From: Mobula hypostoma | Taxonomy: Eukaryota | Reading direction: 5' to 3' | NCBI RefSeq assembly: GCF_963921235.1 | Contig: NC_086097.1 | Span: 111,912,001-111,976,000, forward strand | DNA length: 64,000 nucleotides | Shown: piece after piece, positions 39,101-49,741 of the stretch | Layout of the letters: each line of letters opens with the position of its first letter | Numbering within the stretch: position 1 is the stretch's first letter | Position numbers and translations under genes: made by a program | The notes under the pieces: model-generated | What the model was told of the DNA's origin: nothing | The model's input: only the letters and a program-made list of their open reading frames with translations | Databases searched by the model: none

Positions 39101-39369
39101 AGGACCGAGATTAGGAAAAACTTCTTCACACAGAGAGTGGTGAATCTGTGGAATTCTCTGCCACAGCAAACAGTTGAGGCCAGTTCATTGGCTATGTTTA
39201 AGAGGGAGTTAGATATGGCCCTTGTGGCTACAGGGGTCAGGGGGTATGGAGGGAAGGCTGGGGCGGGGTTCTGAGTTGGATGATCAGCCATGATCATAAT
39301 AAATGGCGGTGCAGGCTCAAAGGTCCGAATGGCCTACTCCTGCACCTATTTTCTATGTTTCTATTTTTC
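36153..39369 (+). mobile_element. Young CR1 LINE copy 4, nested in L1 ORF2
   Basis: Starts in the ORF1 tail (DGLHLNPRG), full ORF2, 3' UTR and TTTCTAT tail; short TSD TATATC at 36147-36152 and 39370-39375. Confidence 0.96.
36269..39274 (+). CDS. CR1 ORF2 protein (APE endonuclease + reverse transcriptase), uninterrupted frame
   Basis: 1001-codon open frame with NARS, ITETW, MGDFN, SDHN, QHGF, PQGSVLGP and FADD motifs. The listed start is a TTG, so the true initiation site is uncertain. Confidence 0.9.
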   Translation: MGGGNQIKEARREEVSSQQRDGNQCRETEGCKVSVEAKSTKEKSKSGRPTNPGQALKRAKRVVKECLKALCVNARSIRNKVNELKVQIVINDYDIVGITETWLQGDQGWELNVQGYSIFRRDRHEGRGGGVALLVKKEINAIERKDISREDVESIWVELRNTKGQKTLVGVVYRPPNSSSEVGDGIKQEIRNVCNKGTAVIMGDFNLHVDWVNQIGKGAEEEDFLECMRDGFLNQHVEEPTREQAILDWVLSNEEGLISDLVVRGPLGKSDHNMVEFFINMESDTVNSETKVLNLKRGNFEGMRRELAKIDWQMTLKGLTVDMQWQAFKGCMDELQQLFIPVWQKNKSRKVVHPWLTREIRDSNNSKEVAYKLSRESGSPEDWEKFRVQQRRTKGLIRKGKKDYERKLAENIKTDCKSFYRYVKRKRLIKTNVGPLQTETGELIMGSKDMADQLNNYFGSVFTKEDINNLPEIVRDRGSSEMEELSEIRVSREVVLGKLKGLKADKSPGPDGLHPRVLKEVAQEIVDALVIIFQNSLDSGLVPEDWRVANVTPLFKKGGREKPGNYRPVSLTSVVGKLLESVIKDVITAHLESGEMIGQSQHGFVKGKSCLTNLIEFFEDVTSRVDRGEPVDVVYLDFQKAFDKVPHRRLVCKLKAHGIGGKVLVWVENWLADRKQRVGINGTFSEWQAVTSGVPQGSVLGPQLFTIYINDLDEGIKCSISKFADDTKLGGSVSSEEDAKRMQSDLDRLGEWANSWQMQFNVDKCEVIHFGGKNRKTDYYLNGGRIGKGEVQRDLGVIIHQSLKVGMQVQQAVKKANGMLAFIARGFEYRSREVLLQLYKALVRPHLEYCVQFWSPNRRKDIFAIEGVQRRFTRLIPGMAGLSYEERLDELGLYSLEFRRLRGDLIETYKILRGLDRLDAGRLFPMLGRSRTRGHSLRIEGKPFRTEIRKNFFTQRVVNLWNSLPQQTVEASSLAMFKRELDMALVATGVRGYGGKAGAGF

Positions 39370-42300
39370 TATATCCTTTTGAGATCATTCTCCAAAACCT
39401 TACATTTTTCTTCTAGGGTGGGAATCTTTTGAAGCTGGCTTTTATGTAGGTGAGAACTGACCTTAGGGTGTTATTTCGTAAGAAACCCTTGATGGAGGCC
39501 CAAATCACTGTCACACCTGAGACACTATTTTTATTTAAATTTATAAATTCTGTCAGTTTTGTTCTCAGTTGTGATAGAAATTCATCGTTTTTTAGAAGGG
39601 TGGAGTTAAACCTCCAACTAGTAGCCTTATTTTTAATTTTGCCATAATTAAAAGTAGATATGACTGGGTTGTGATCAGATAGAGGCCTGGGCAAAAATGC
39701 TATTGAGTGTATTAAAGGCAGCAGACTGGAGAATATAAGAATGTAATCTATCTGAGAGAAAGTTTTATGTCTTGTGGAGAAGAAGGTATAGTCTTTAGCA
39801 GAAGGATTATGTACCCTCCATACATCAGTTAAATTTAAATCTGTTAGAAATAGATTAAGTGCTTTGGAAGCAGATTCTTGAGAGCTTGATATAGTTGAGG
39901 AAGATTTATCGAGGTTAATGTTTACCAAAGCATTCATGTCCGAACCAACATATAGTTAGTAGTCACTTAACTTCAGTAATTGTGAGGTAATTAAGGGAAA
40001 AAATTCAACCTCGAATATAGTTGGGGCATGTAAGTTAATGAATGCAACTTTTTTACCCTGAATGGATATACAGCAAAAAGCTAGACGTCCTTTATTGTCA
40101 GCGCCAGTCCTTTCAATTGAAACATTAATATTACGTCTTGTTAATATCATAACTCCTTTCATACGAGTACCATCAGCTGATGCTATAATGGGTTTATAAA
40201 AGCAGTTTTGAACCCTGGGAATGTCATTAGGTTTAAGATGTGTTTCCTGTAACAGCGCGATATCTATTTTCTTTCTGCGTAAGAAATTTAAAACCTTTGA
40301 ACGCTTGTAGGGAGAGTTTAATCCTCTAACATTAAGTGATACAATAGTAAGATTTTCTAATTTATCTGTGTTGCTCATCTTCCCCTGGATCTGTTGTTGT
40401 AAATTGGTGGTGGAGCCCTGAGTTACCCCCTTCCTACCCCTCCTCCCATTCAACCCTTTACTTTGTAACATCTGTAAGTGTCATTTAGCAATGTCAGACA
40501 CTGAACACTGACATTAACCGCCCCCCCAGCACCAACAAATTAGAAAGGCAAAGTAGTTCTCATGGACAATCATATCAAAAAGATAAGAAAGAAGAAACCT
40601 GGACAAACCTGTTAACCTATATAATTAAAACTGTTTCCGTCTCAAATATAGTATAACACCTAATCAAGACAGTTGCTTAGTGATGGCGCCAATTACGTCT
40701 TATCTGGTGCCCAGGAACGTAAACAAGTCTACTGGAGACATAACGTTCTAAAGTTAGTCAGAAGAAACCGCTGTTTTTCAGCTTCATTCTCGATGAAGTA
40801 TTACATTTGGGTATATTGAATATCACCTTAAAACTCTGACCTGCAATAGTCAGAAACAAATTGGCTCCTTAATTAACTAAATACAAAAGTGCAACGAATG
40901 ACTTTCCAATAAAAGAATAACCAGAAAACTTCACACCCAGGATGTTAACTTGCCCATGCCTGTTAGATTGCATATACAGGCTGGTCCGAGCTCTTAATGC
41001 AGTTCCATCTCCTCCCGAGGGGCATGTGGACTTTGCCCAGGGTCTTCTTCCACATCTCCCAGCACCGATGATTTCAGAGCTTCTTTTGCTTCCTCTGCCG
41101 AGTTAAACAGCGTCTTCATGCCCTTGATATTCACTCTCAAAATCGCCGGGTATATGAGGAACGAGTCGATCCTCTTCTGTGGAAGCTTAGCGCGGATTTC
41201 CTTGTATCCCTGCCATTCCTGCATCATGCTGGGGCTGTAGTTGGTGAAGAACTGCAGCTGGGTGCCATCAGGGAGAGTAGGTTTGGCTTTCCTCGTGCCC
41301 TCCAGGATAGCCTGCCAGTGTACTGTAGAAGCCTAAAAATCATGGTCCGGGGTCTTGAGGTGTTGTTGGAAAAGATCCTATGTGCTCTATCAACCTCCAA
41401 TGGAGTGCTGTGGGAATTCTTGAGTGCTGAAATCCAATTAGGCAGCATCTTCTGGAGGTAACCTCTTGGAACGTTACCCTCAGCGTCTGTCGGTAAGTTG
41501 ACCAGCCGTACATTGTTTCTCCTGGATCTGTCCTCCAGGTTGTTTAACTTATTCCATATCTTAGACACCTCCACGAGACAGGAGTTAGTAACTTCCTCAT
41601 TCTTGCATAAGCAAACCTGAATGTTGTCTATTTTATTGAAGACCGTGCTAATTTTTTTAGCGTGAATGTCCGCTTGCTCCTTTAACGACTGGAGGATGTT
41701 GCCATTCTCTGCCATATAATTCTGTATGGGGTCGAGAGCCTTTTCCAGCAACTCCTTTAGCATGTGGGCTACCGCTTCTTGCAGCAATTCCATCTCCGTT
41801 GCCATTGTTTGCTTAGTTAGCATAGCTATTTCCTCGGATGAATCGCTAGCTTGGTGCTGTCTGCTGGTATCTTGTTTCCTGGTTGAATTTGGATCTTTTT
41901 TTGAAGCCATGTCTTTAGTTAGATCTTTCTCCAACTCAACCTTGTATTAAGACTGTCTACCAACCCTAAAGAACTTGAAAAAGGAGGGTTATATGTCAGC
42001 GCTCAGTGCCGTGCTGCCATCTTGCCTCGTGCCTCACCGAAAGTCCATGTATATTTAACTACATGTTGTATATGCACTTTCAGAATATATTTGTTATTAT
42101 CTGTTAATAATATTGTGTTAACGTTACTTCATGTAATATCTGTTTTTTGTTTTACCTTGGTCCCAGAGGAGCATTGTTTTGTTTAGTTGTATACGTGTGT
42201 ATAGTTGAATGACAATAAACTTGAACGTAACCTTTCACCAGGATAGGACAGTTGTTTGAATACAGACTCTCACTTCCTACCGACTTGGAATTTTGTTTCC

Positions 42301-42597
42301 CTGATTTTCAGAATGGATTAGGAAGGGATGACTTGATCTCTGTTTAAAGAAGGAAAAGTGAAAGACAATAGGGAAAGGTCAGATCAATGGGATTGCTGTA
42401 GTAGTGAAGGATGAATGACTTCCTTCTGTGGCATAATTCTGAATTTCTATAATGGTTACTTGCTAAAATTACATCATAATTGCAAAGTTAACCTCAGGTA
42501 TGGCACCAGAAAACTAGAGACTAGCTAATTCTGTTGCCTTGTTCCAAAAGCTAGTAGGGGATAAGCCTGGGAACTACAGGCTGGTGAGCCTTATATC

Positions 42598-43563
42598 ATA
42601 GAAAATAGGTGCAGGAGTAGGCCATTCGGCCCTTCGAGCCTGCACCGCCATTTATTATGATCATGGCTGATCATCCAACTCAGAACCCAGCCTTCCCTCC
42701 ATACCCCCTGACCCCTGTAGCCACAAGGGCCATATCTAACTTCCTTTTAAACATAGCTAATGAACTGGCCTCAACAGTTTGCTGTGGCAGAGAATTCCAC
42801 AGATTCACCACTCTCTGTGTGAAGAAGTTTTTCCTAATCTCGGTCCTAAAAGGCTTCCCCTCTATCCTCAAACTGTGACCCCTCGTTCTGGACCTCCCCA
42901 ACATCAGGAACAATCTTCCCGCATCCAGCCTGTCCAATCCCCTTAGGACCTTATACGTTTCAATCAGATCCCCCCTCAATCTTCTAAATTCCAACGAGTA
43001 CAAGCCCAGTTCATCCAGTCTTTCTTCATATGAAAGACCTGCCATCCCAGGAATCAATCTGGTGAACCTTCTTTGTACTCCCTCTATGGCAAAGATGTCT
43101 TTCCTCAGATTAGGGGACCAAAACTGCACACAATACTCCAGGTGTGGTCTCACCAAGGCCTTGTACAACTGCAGTAGTACCTCCCTGCTCCTGTACTCGA
43201 ATCCTCTCGCTATAAATGCCAGCATACCGTTCGCCTTTTTCACCGCCTGCTGTACCTGCATGCCCACTTTCAATGACTGGTGTATAATGACACCCAGGTC
43301 TCGTTGCACCTCCCCTTTTCCTAATCGGCCACCATTCAGATAATAATCTGTTTTCCTATTTTTGCCACCAAAGTGGATAACTTCACATTTATCCACATTA
43401 AATTGCATCTGCCATGTGTTTGCCCACTCACCCAACCTATCCAAGTCACCCTGCATCCTCTTAGCATCCTCCTCACTGCTAACACTGCCACCCAGCTTCG
43501 TGTCATCCGCAAACTTGGAGATGCTGCATTTAATTCCCTCATCCAAGTCATTAATATATATTG
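42598..43563 (-). mobile_element. Young CR1 LINE copy 5, 5'-truncated, inserted in an old + strand CR1 (about 42480-44365)
   Basis: ORF 42680-43546 near-identical to the copy 4 C-terminus; flanks give continuous decayed CR1 RT. Confidence 0.94.
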
Positions 43564-46090
43564 TCGGTAACTGAAAGTTGATGGAAAGGAATCTGAAGAA
43601 CAGGATTTATATTCACTTGCAAGGAACGATGAGAAAAAGTCAGTGTACTTGTGCGCAGGGGAGATCATGTCTCACAAAGCTGCATTTCCTGAGGAGGTAT
43701 CTCAGAAAATTGATGAGGGTAGAGCAGTAGATGTAATTTAGATGGACTATATTAAGGGTTTTGACTAGGTCCTGTATGCTGTGTTGGTCCAGAAGTTTAA
43801 TGTAAATAGATCCGAGGCACGTTGGCAAATTAAGAGGCAGAGGATGTTTTCATGACTGGAAGTCTGTACCAAGTGGTGTTCCATAGGATTGGTGCTGGTA
43901 CCTTTTGTAGGTTGTAATGCATAACAGTCTTGGATGATTGGCAAGTTTGCCGATAACACAAATGTTAGTGAAGTGACAGATAGTGAAGATGATTGTCAAG
44001 GGATACAAGTGGGATATAAATCATCTGGAAAATTGGGCAGAACAGTGACGGATGGAATCAAACCCAGATGTAATGTACTTTGGGAGGCCAAATTCTGGTT
44101 GGTCATATAGAGTAAATGGCAGGGGCATTAGGAGCATTGGTTTACAGAGAGACTTTGATTGTAAATCCATAGCTCCCTGATATGTTGAAGAAGAAGGCAT
44201 TTGATGTGCTCATCTTCATAGACCAAGACATGTTGGGTTGTCATGTTGTAGTTGTACAAAACATTGGTTAGACTGCACTTAGTTGTGTGTAGTTCTTATT
44301 ATCACAGTACAGGAAGGATGTGCTAGCAATAGAGAGTGTGCAACAGGAACTGACTGGGATGAACTTACAGAGGAGGTAATGCAGAAGGATACAGTATGTA
44401 TTAAAATAAGATTAGCATAGACAGGCATCAAGGTCAGTAGGAACAAGATGAATTAAAATGGCTTGTACTAGTATCTGTCCTATACACTTCTGTTGTACTG
44501 TGATTCTTTGTCAGTTGTTATTGGTGCCACAGGTGGCACAGTGACTTGTTGAAGAGTGGATCCAAATGTATTTAGCATACAGCCCTTAATGCTGTATCAG
44601 GAAGGGTAGACATTTGGGTGGTAAATTCGCCCCTCCATATAACTTCATTGATTTTACAATCATTTCACAAATCAAAAGGGACAAATGCTTGGATAATGAA
44701 ATGCATAGACTGTACTAAATCAAATCAATGAGGTATGTTCTGGGCAGCCGGCAAACGTCACTACACTACTGGTGCCAACATAGCATAGTGCCCATAACTT
44801 ACTAATCCTAACAGTATGTCTTTGGAATGTGGGAGGAAACTGGGGAACTCAGAGGACACCCACACAGTCACAGGGAAAATGTACAAATCCTTGCTGTCGG
44901 AGATGGGAGTTGAACCTTGATTGGAGATTGCTGGCGGTGTAAAGCGATATGCTAACTAACCACTTGCTACTGTGTCACGCTGATTGAATTGAATGGTACA
45001 AGCAATAACTGCCTGCATTTGGTTAGCACATTTAACTGGAAAAGGCGTGCATAGATGCTTCAAAGAAGCACAGATGGACTTGAAAAACCAAAGCAAGAAA
45101 TATTTGGAGCGATGGCTTAAATTCACAGGTGAAGACTTCTAATTGAAGACATTTGAAGGCAGCATTCCCATGTAGCTAAGCAAAGACATTAGCATGGGTT
45201 AGGACAATGAAAATAATGGAAGGAAGAATTGGGGAGTATGTTCATGCTCTAGAGTTTACAAAAATGTGAGAGAAGGTTTCAGCACCAGATGTAGGGGCAG
45301 TGCCAGGCTATATTATATGTGTGGAGGAAGACTGTATAACAGAGTGAATGGGTTTGGAAGACTGGCTCTGAATCAACCAGGCAGCTGACGACAAAGGCAA
45401 TGGTTCAACCTGAGTCTGTGACCAGGGTGGGAAATTAGTAGCAGAGATATATGGTTAATGTCATAGACCGAAGGTTACAGTTCTGGTCTTCTCAGAGATT
45501 AGCATAATGGTTCTACTTGTAAATCCGCTGCCTCACCATTCCAGTGATTTCAGCCTTACAGACTGAATTTAACAGTTAATGTGTGTAATTCTCCAGCTGT
45601 GATTGCCTGTGTTTCCTCTCTTGTTCCACAGATGTGACAGTTGGAGGTTTGATTGGCCATTGGAAGTTCGCTCTGGAATGCAGATACAGTAAATGGTAGA
45701 AACTTGGACAGTTGATGAGAATGTAGGAAAAATGAAATAGGACAGGTATAGGATTTAGTGAAGAGGGCGCTTGATGCCACTGAGAGCTCAGTCCTATAAC
45801 TGGGGTGGGGGGGGGGGAGGAGGGAGGTCACTGAAGTGAAGTACTGCCACAATGCCGCTGATTAGAAAGTTTCAGAATTTAGACCCAATGACAATAGAAA
45901 AAGCAGCAGTAATTTTCTAAGTCAGGATAGTTTCTGAGATGGAGGGTACCTGCAGCTGACTTCTTCCTGGCCTAAAGCAGGAATTTGAGCAAAAATTGAA
46001 GAATGTTGTAAGTTTTTGCTGACTTCTGCTTTCTACCATAGTATTTAATAAAATCTTCAGTTCTATTTATTTATTTGTTTGTTTTTGCAG

Positions 46091-46280
46091 GGTGCAAAGC
46101 AGATGCTTGCAATGGGAATTTTTGGACCTGAAGGTCATGAGCTTTGTCGACCTGAAGCAGTAGAGGCTGAAGCCACACAAAGGGCAATTACTATAGCCAG
46201 TTTTGTTAACTGTCCCATCTATATAGTCCACGTAATGAGTAAATCTGCTGCTAAAGTGATTGCTAGTGCACGGAGAGAAG
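46091..46280 (+). CDS. DPYS: Dihydropyrimidinase coding exon 4 (190 nt)
   Basis: tttttgcag| acceptor; [29 protein letters not shown]...[20 protein letters not shown]; |GTAAGA donor; ends in phase 1. Confidence 0.96.
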
Positions 46281-47609
46281 GTAAGAAATGGTAGACAGTC
46301 AATCCCATTTCTTCCTTGCACTGTTGATTTATGGTCTTCCTCACATTTTCAACACATCCCTCAGAGCACCATTGGAATGAAATGATCTGTATGGATGGCA
46401 TGCAAAACAAAATTTTTTACTGTACTGAAATACATGACAATAATTTACTCATTTATTAATATGCTGTGTTATGTACTGGAATGTTAATTCTCTGAGCCTT
46501 TTCTCTCTGGGGGAGCTGCACTGAAGATACAATCATAGATGGATTTGTAGCATTCATGAGCTTATATAATTCATCCAATACCAATTTACTGACCCCTCTG
46601 TTGTGGTGTGAGTATGTGATCACAATGAAACAAAATGGCAGAGCACAGAGACACAGTGACTTCTCTGAATACCAATAATGGTGCTAGTTTTAAATTCTTC
46701 AGTCATGTCTTGTCTTGAAGACTGTCTTTACTGAAGAAGAATGCACTGTCAATATAGTAATAAAGCAAGGGGCAGGGATTAGATTAATAAGATAAAAATG
46801 GATAAAGAAGTGGTACTTACAGGAAGTGGGTGCTGAAAGTTGAAAAGTCATGTGGACCAGATGGATGCATCCTAGATTACTGGCTGAAAGAAAAGCAAGA
46901 CTTGTGAAGATTCTGTCCAATCTTACACTCTTCAGACACACACTCAGCAGTTACAGGCTACTCAGCCTAACAACAAATAGAATTACATGTCTGGAGCTTT
47001 ACTTGCATTGCATTTTATTCAGCATATCTGATTGAAAACATTTATCCCCCGAAGTAAAATGTGACATAAACCATTTTGGGTCATTTCCTGTCCTTTGGAA
47101 CTCACCTTCAAGAAAATTCAGGATGATGTACACTCATTTGTCCTGGAATGAATTGAATTCCGATGATAATGTGGTCTCCACCCCACAGTAGGAAGTAATT
47201 CTTTTAAAGGTGAAATGTGGATATTTGAGAGGGATTACTTGGCATCGAACTGAGAACTAACACTGAATGAATGTTTTTTGAACAAAATCCAGCACAGTTG
47301 CAAACCTGTTACCTTTGTGATGTATGTATGTTTGGGATGTTTTGTGGACATTATGCAAAATGGTCAGAATGCCTCTTTCTCCCTTTTTGAATGTCTTTTG
47401 CTCTATTGTTAAAATAAGCCAATCAATACATGTGAAAATATTGCAGAATGTATGATCAAATAATGAAAAAAAAGAGTTAATGAGTATATGGTAAGTGAGT
47501 ATGTATAAATATGGACTAGAATAAAACTAAGGAAATTAACTGTCAAGATCCACACATCAAAGTTGCTGGTGAATGCAGCAGGCCAGGCAGCATCTCTAGG
47601 AAGAGTTAC

Positions 47610-47645
47610 AGTCAACGTTTCAGGTCGAGACCCTTCGTCAGGACT
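47610..47645 (-). ncRNA. Minimal hammerhead ribozyme motif (GUU site)
   Basis: AGUC-CUGACGA-A-GGGU(CUCG)ACCU-GAAA-CGUU-GACU on the minus strand. Confidence 0.62.
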
Positions 47646-47795
47646 AACTGAAGGAAGAGTTAGTAAGAGATTTGAAAGTGGGAGGGGGAGGGGGAGCCAA
47701 GGGCTCCATCCCTCCCCCTCCTGTCTTCTCCTATCATTTTGGATCTCCCCCTCCCCCTCCCACTTTCAAATCTCTTACTAACTCTTCCTTCAGTT

Positions 47796-47831
47796 AGTCC
47801 TGACGAAGGGTCTCGGCCTGAAATGTCGACT
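47796..47831 (+). ncRNA. Minimal hammerhead ribozyme motif on the DPYS sense strand
   Basis: AGUC-CUGACGA-A-GGGU(CUCG)GCCU-GAAA-UGUC-GACU; C-to-U change in the stem III palindrome. Confidence 0.6.
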
Positions 47832-48257
47832 GTATCTCTTCCTAGAGATGCTGCCTGGCCTGCTGCGTTCACCAGCAATTTTGATGTGTGTTGCTTGAAT
47901 TTCCAGCATCTGCAGAAATCCTGTTGTTTGTTGTTTGTAACTGTCAAGATGTTAGGTTTCAGTATTTCCACAACATGCTTCAGTATTTTCAGAATATGCT
48001 TAACATAGCAACATAATTTATGTTACTAAGATTAACACTGTAAATTCAGATGTCATTTGTGACCGCATGTAGGTGCCAGATACCTCACTCGATGGTCAAG
48101 GGCATATATATTAATTGAAAATGCATCTTAACTAATAAAGGTATTTTATTAGCTAAGTGATCAAAAAGCTGCTCTGTGAAGGATAACACTAAAATTTGGT
48201 CATGTGTAGTTAAGATTTATAGATTTTGACTATTTTTGCAATATCTCATTTGAAGTA

Positions 48258-49105
48258 CAGTGGATTCTGGATAATTGTACCATTCGTTAATTGGTGCAGC
48301 CATTTATTTGGGACAACTCTTCAAGAACAAAAATTAATTGAGGAAGTAGCTGGGATTCCCTTCATTTATTTGGGACAACATGAAGCTTAATTGGGACAGG
48401 GGACTGTTTCTGAACAGTTTCTAACTACTGTCAGTCGTGTGCACTTGCGTGGCCATTAGTCACTACATTGTGCTTATAGCGAGCAGTTTATAAATAGCAT
48501 CAGTTGTGCATGTTTGTGTTCAAAAAGCTGTGATTTTTGGCAAGAAATGGGCAGCAAGACAATTCTTGTTTATGATTCCTTCATCGATGACTATTGGGAA
48601 CCAACACACAAATTTAAAGTATGATAGTTGTACTGGTAATGTTCTAATTTGTTCTGTGTTGTATTTAAATACATTTAAAAATTTTATTTCGTGCAGAATA
48701 GGCCCTTGCAGCCCTTTGAGCCATGCCACCCAGCAATCCCTATTTAATTGATTTAATCCTAGCCTAAACATGTGTGACAATTTGCAATGACCAATTCACC
48801 TACCAGCCGGTAGTCTTCGGACTGTAGGAGGAAACTGGAGCACTCAGAGGAAATCCATGCAGTCACGGGAAGAACATACAAACTCCTGGTGGGAATTGAA
48901 CCCATGTTGCCTGTACCGCAAAGTGTTATGCTAACCAGATTGCTACCATGTCACTGGTACATTTGTTACTCAGTTAAACAGTAGTTTGGCTTTTTAAAAA
49001 AAATCTTTTTAACTATTTCCATGAAACTTCAGCTAATTGGGGCAACTCCTTAATTGGGCCGATATGTACTGGTCCCAATGTGTCCCAATTAACCGTAATC
49101 CACTC
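48258..49105. mobile_element. Tigger/pogo-like non-autonomous DNA transposon with a nested SINE (about 48700-48955, minus)
   Basis: TA|CAGTGGATTCTGGATAATTG ... CAATTAACCGTAATCCACTC|TA imperfect TIRs, TA target site, repeated TAATTGGG subterminal motifs. Confidence 0.75.
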
Positions 49106-49741
49106 TACTTGGTTGTAGATCTACTCAGCTGGTTTCAGATCAACATAGTAGTATTGACAAAAGAAAGTTCTGAAAGCAAGTTTGGTTCCCCAAGGAGTGT
49201 TAACATAAGATGAATTGAAACAGATCATTTAGAAAGGGATCATCTTACTTCTTACATTAACTTAGAAATGACACATGAACATACAAAGTTAAAGAAGACC
49301 AAGAAACAGCACTTTTTAGGAGTAATTGCAAAACACATTTTCTGTCTTTAGCGTCTGTTAACTAGTTTAATCAGCACCTATTAACTAGTTTGCTAGCTGT
49401 GCAGGCCAAGTCATTGAATATACTTAAATCAGAGGTTGGTATGTTCTTCATCAGTAAAGCTATCAAAGGAAATGGAGAGAAGGCAGGAGATTGGGGCTGA
49501 CAGGGTTAATAAATCAACTATGATTGAATGAAGGAGAGGACTCAATTGGTCAAATGGCCTAATTCTACTCCTATGTCATATATTAGTCAAGGCACTCACC
49601 AGAGTGTATCCAGCCTCTGACTTGACCTTGTAGCCATGCTACTTATGTGGCTGGTTCAGTGGAATTTATGATCATTGGAATCCCCTGTATGTTAATGGTG
49701 GAGGAATCAGTATTGATAATCCCTTTGAAATCCAAGGTTAT

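Larger units (their letters stand above)
33261..42046 (-). mobile_element. Full-length decayed L1-clade LINE, interrupted by CR1 copy 4
   Basis: 10-bp TSD ATGTATATTT (33251-33260 / 42047-42056); ORF1 41910-40994 (LEDRSRRNNVRLVNLP, one frameshift); ORF2 from 40378 (SLNVRGLN, LLQETHL endonuclease; ISLINADLKI and SGYKVN RT) to about 33449 with many frameshifts; A-rich tail. Confidence 0.93.
47550..47937. mobile_element. Second fold-back Penelope-derived mini-element
   Basis: About 146-bp inverted arms (47551-47696 / 47745-47890) with few mismatches; 13-bp TSD TAACTGTCAAGAT at 47537-47549 and 47938-47950; same family as 4671-4896. Confidence 0.85.
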
